A stretch of DNA of 62,591 nt, taken from assembly GCA_044892525.1 (NCBI GenBank), contig CM097888.1, positions 6,883,410 through 6,946,000 of the forward strand. Direction: 5' to 3'. Made by a program: the position numbers and the translations under genes. The stretch comes from Schmidtea polychroa (Eukaryota). Below the pieces are notes generated by a model. The model was given only the letters and a program-made list of their open reading frames with translations. It ran no database searches and had not been told where the DNA came from. Positions 61,556-62,591 of the stretch are shown here, one piece after another (position 1 is the first letter of the stretch; each line of letters begins with the position of its first letter).

Positions 61556-61755
61556 ATTAAAATTATTTCCGATAAAGATGCTGGAACTTTAAATATTAAT
61601 GACAATGGAATCGGAAGGACAAAGGCAGATTTGATCAACAAATTACAAACAATCGCTAAATCTGGAACTAAGGCATTCATGAGAGCACTTCATGTTGGAG
61701 ATAATTTTTCAATGATTGGACAATTTGGAATAAGCTTCTACCCATCTTATGGAGT
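61556..61755 (+). pseudogene. HSP90: HSP90 ATP-lid fragment
   Basis: [65 protein letters not shown] compared with [55 protein letters not shown]. Confidence 0.92.
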
Positions 61756-61937
61756 GACAGAAATCATCCTTACTGATGATAATCTAATCGTCAGAACTAA
61801 GGGGCCTCGTACATTTTAGGGGGCCCCGTTTTGATATAAAGTATTTTAATGTAAAAGGTTAAATGTGTAAAAAAATATAATGAAAATGAAGAAATAAATA
61901 AAATCTAGTAACGCACAGCTTAATTGTTCCAAAGTTG

Positions 61938-62462
61938 TACTAAATATTGTGTAACTCCCTCTATCCCATACATTTACTGTATTAAATAGTTTAAAGTAGA
62001 CTATATTATAATCAGTTGAGTGGCTCGCTTGGTGATGCATCGCGTTTCTTACTTACTATAATTATGAAGGTTGCCAAGTGCGTGTATACGACTCATTAAT
62101 AAAGATTGACGTCATACAAGTATTTATTATTTGCAAAAATTGTGTTAATTGCAAGTTGAATTCAGATTTGTTGGTGAGCTAAATATTCGTTATAAGATTA
62201 TAGCAGAAAGCTACAACAATAAACAACAGACGATATCAAATCATTAACTCAGAAATTTGATCCGGCTTTGATTTAATGCTGAGTATAAATAGTTGAGAAA
62301 GATACTCACCCACAGATCAAGAAATTTAAACGAAACTCGGAATTTGTTAAAGAGTAGTCTAGTAAACTAAATATTGTGTAACTCCGTCTATCCCATGCAT
62401 TTACTGTATAAAATAGTTTAAGACACACTATATTATAATTAGTTGGGTTGCTCTCTTGGTGA
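61938..62462. repeat. Pair of ~100-bp direct repeats (61938-62037 and 62364-62462)
   Basis: actaaatattgtgtaactcc.tctatcccat.catttactgtat.aaatagttt...ctatattataat.agttg occurs at both sites. Confidence 0.8.
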
Positions 62463-62591
62463 TTTAGTATAAAACAACAGTATTTGTACCAAATTTTTTA
62501 GTATACTATATGGATCAAAACCAAGCACAGAGAAACATTAGAATTTGCAGAATATTTCGTTGGATTTATTTAAAAAAACGGCATTAAGTCT

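Overview
AT-rich animal genomic scaffold with 10 assembly gaps. The short GT-AG introns, (ATT)n microsatellites and TE mix would fit a planarian-like flatworm, but that is inference only. Host content is sparse: one nuclear-receptor ligand-binding-domain exon (1583-1933) and one probable unassigned exon. Most of the rest is decayed TEs (hAT, Tc1, mariner, Penelope, Ty3/Gypsy, BEL/Pao, MITEs) and satellites. The standout is a recurring ~200-bp module seen 5 times plus 1 degenerate copy (at ~0.7, 5.7, 23.0, 34.6, 61.2 and 57.4 kb). Read in gene sense, it is: GC-rich hairpin -> 14-16-bp inverted repeat (CGCGTCTGTGTGCGC arms, ~30-nt spacer) -> 44-53-nt GT-AG mini-intron -> T-rich leader -> ATG. 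Each copy heads different cargo: an intact RING-finger ORF; a Rab1::proteasome-alpha6::MsrB mosaic; a cofilin::polyubiquitin::cofilin::RACK1 mosaic; a cofilin::DUSP12::Polinton-type PolB mosaic; an HSP90 5' end; and a CRESS-DNA-virus-like Rep (HUH + SF3 helicase) remnant that has a second copy at 28.4-29.5 kb. Almost all cargo junctions are in frame. This suggests a possibly undescribed family of gene-fragment-capturing, perhaps rolling-circle, expression cassettes. All protein identities come from motif recognition by eye and have not been confirmed by database search.
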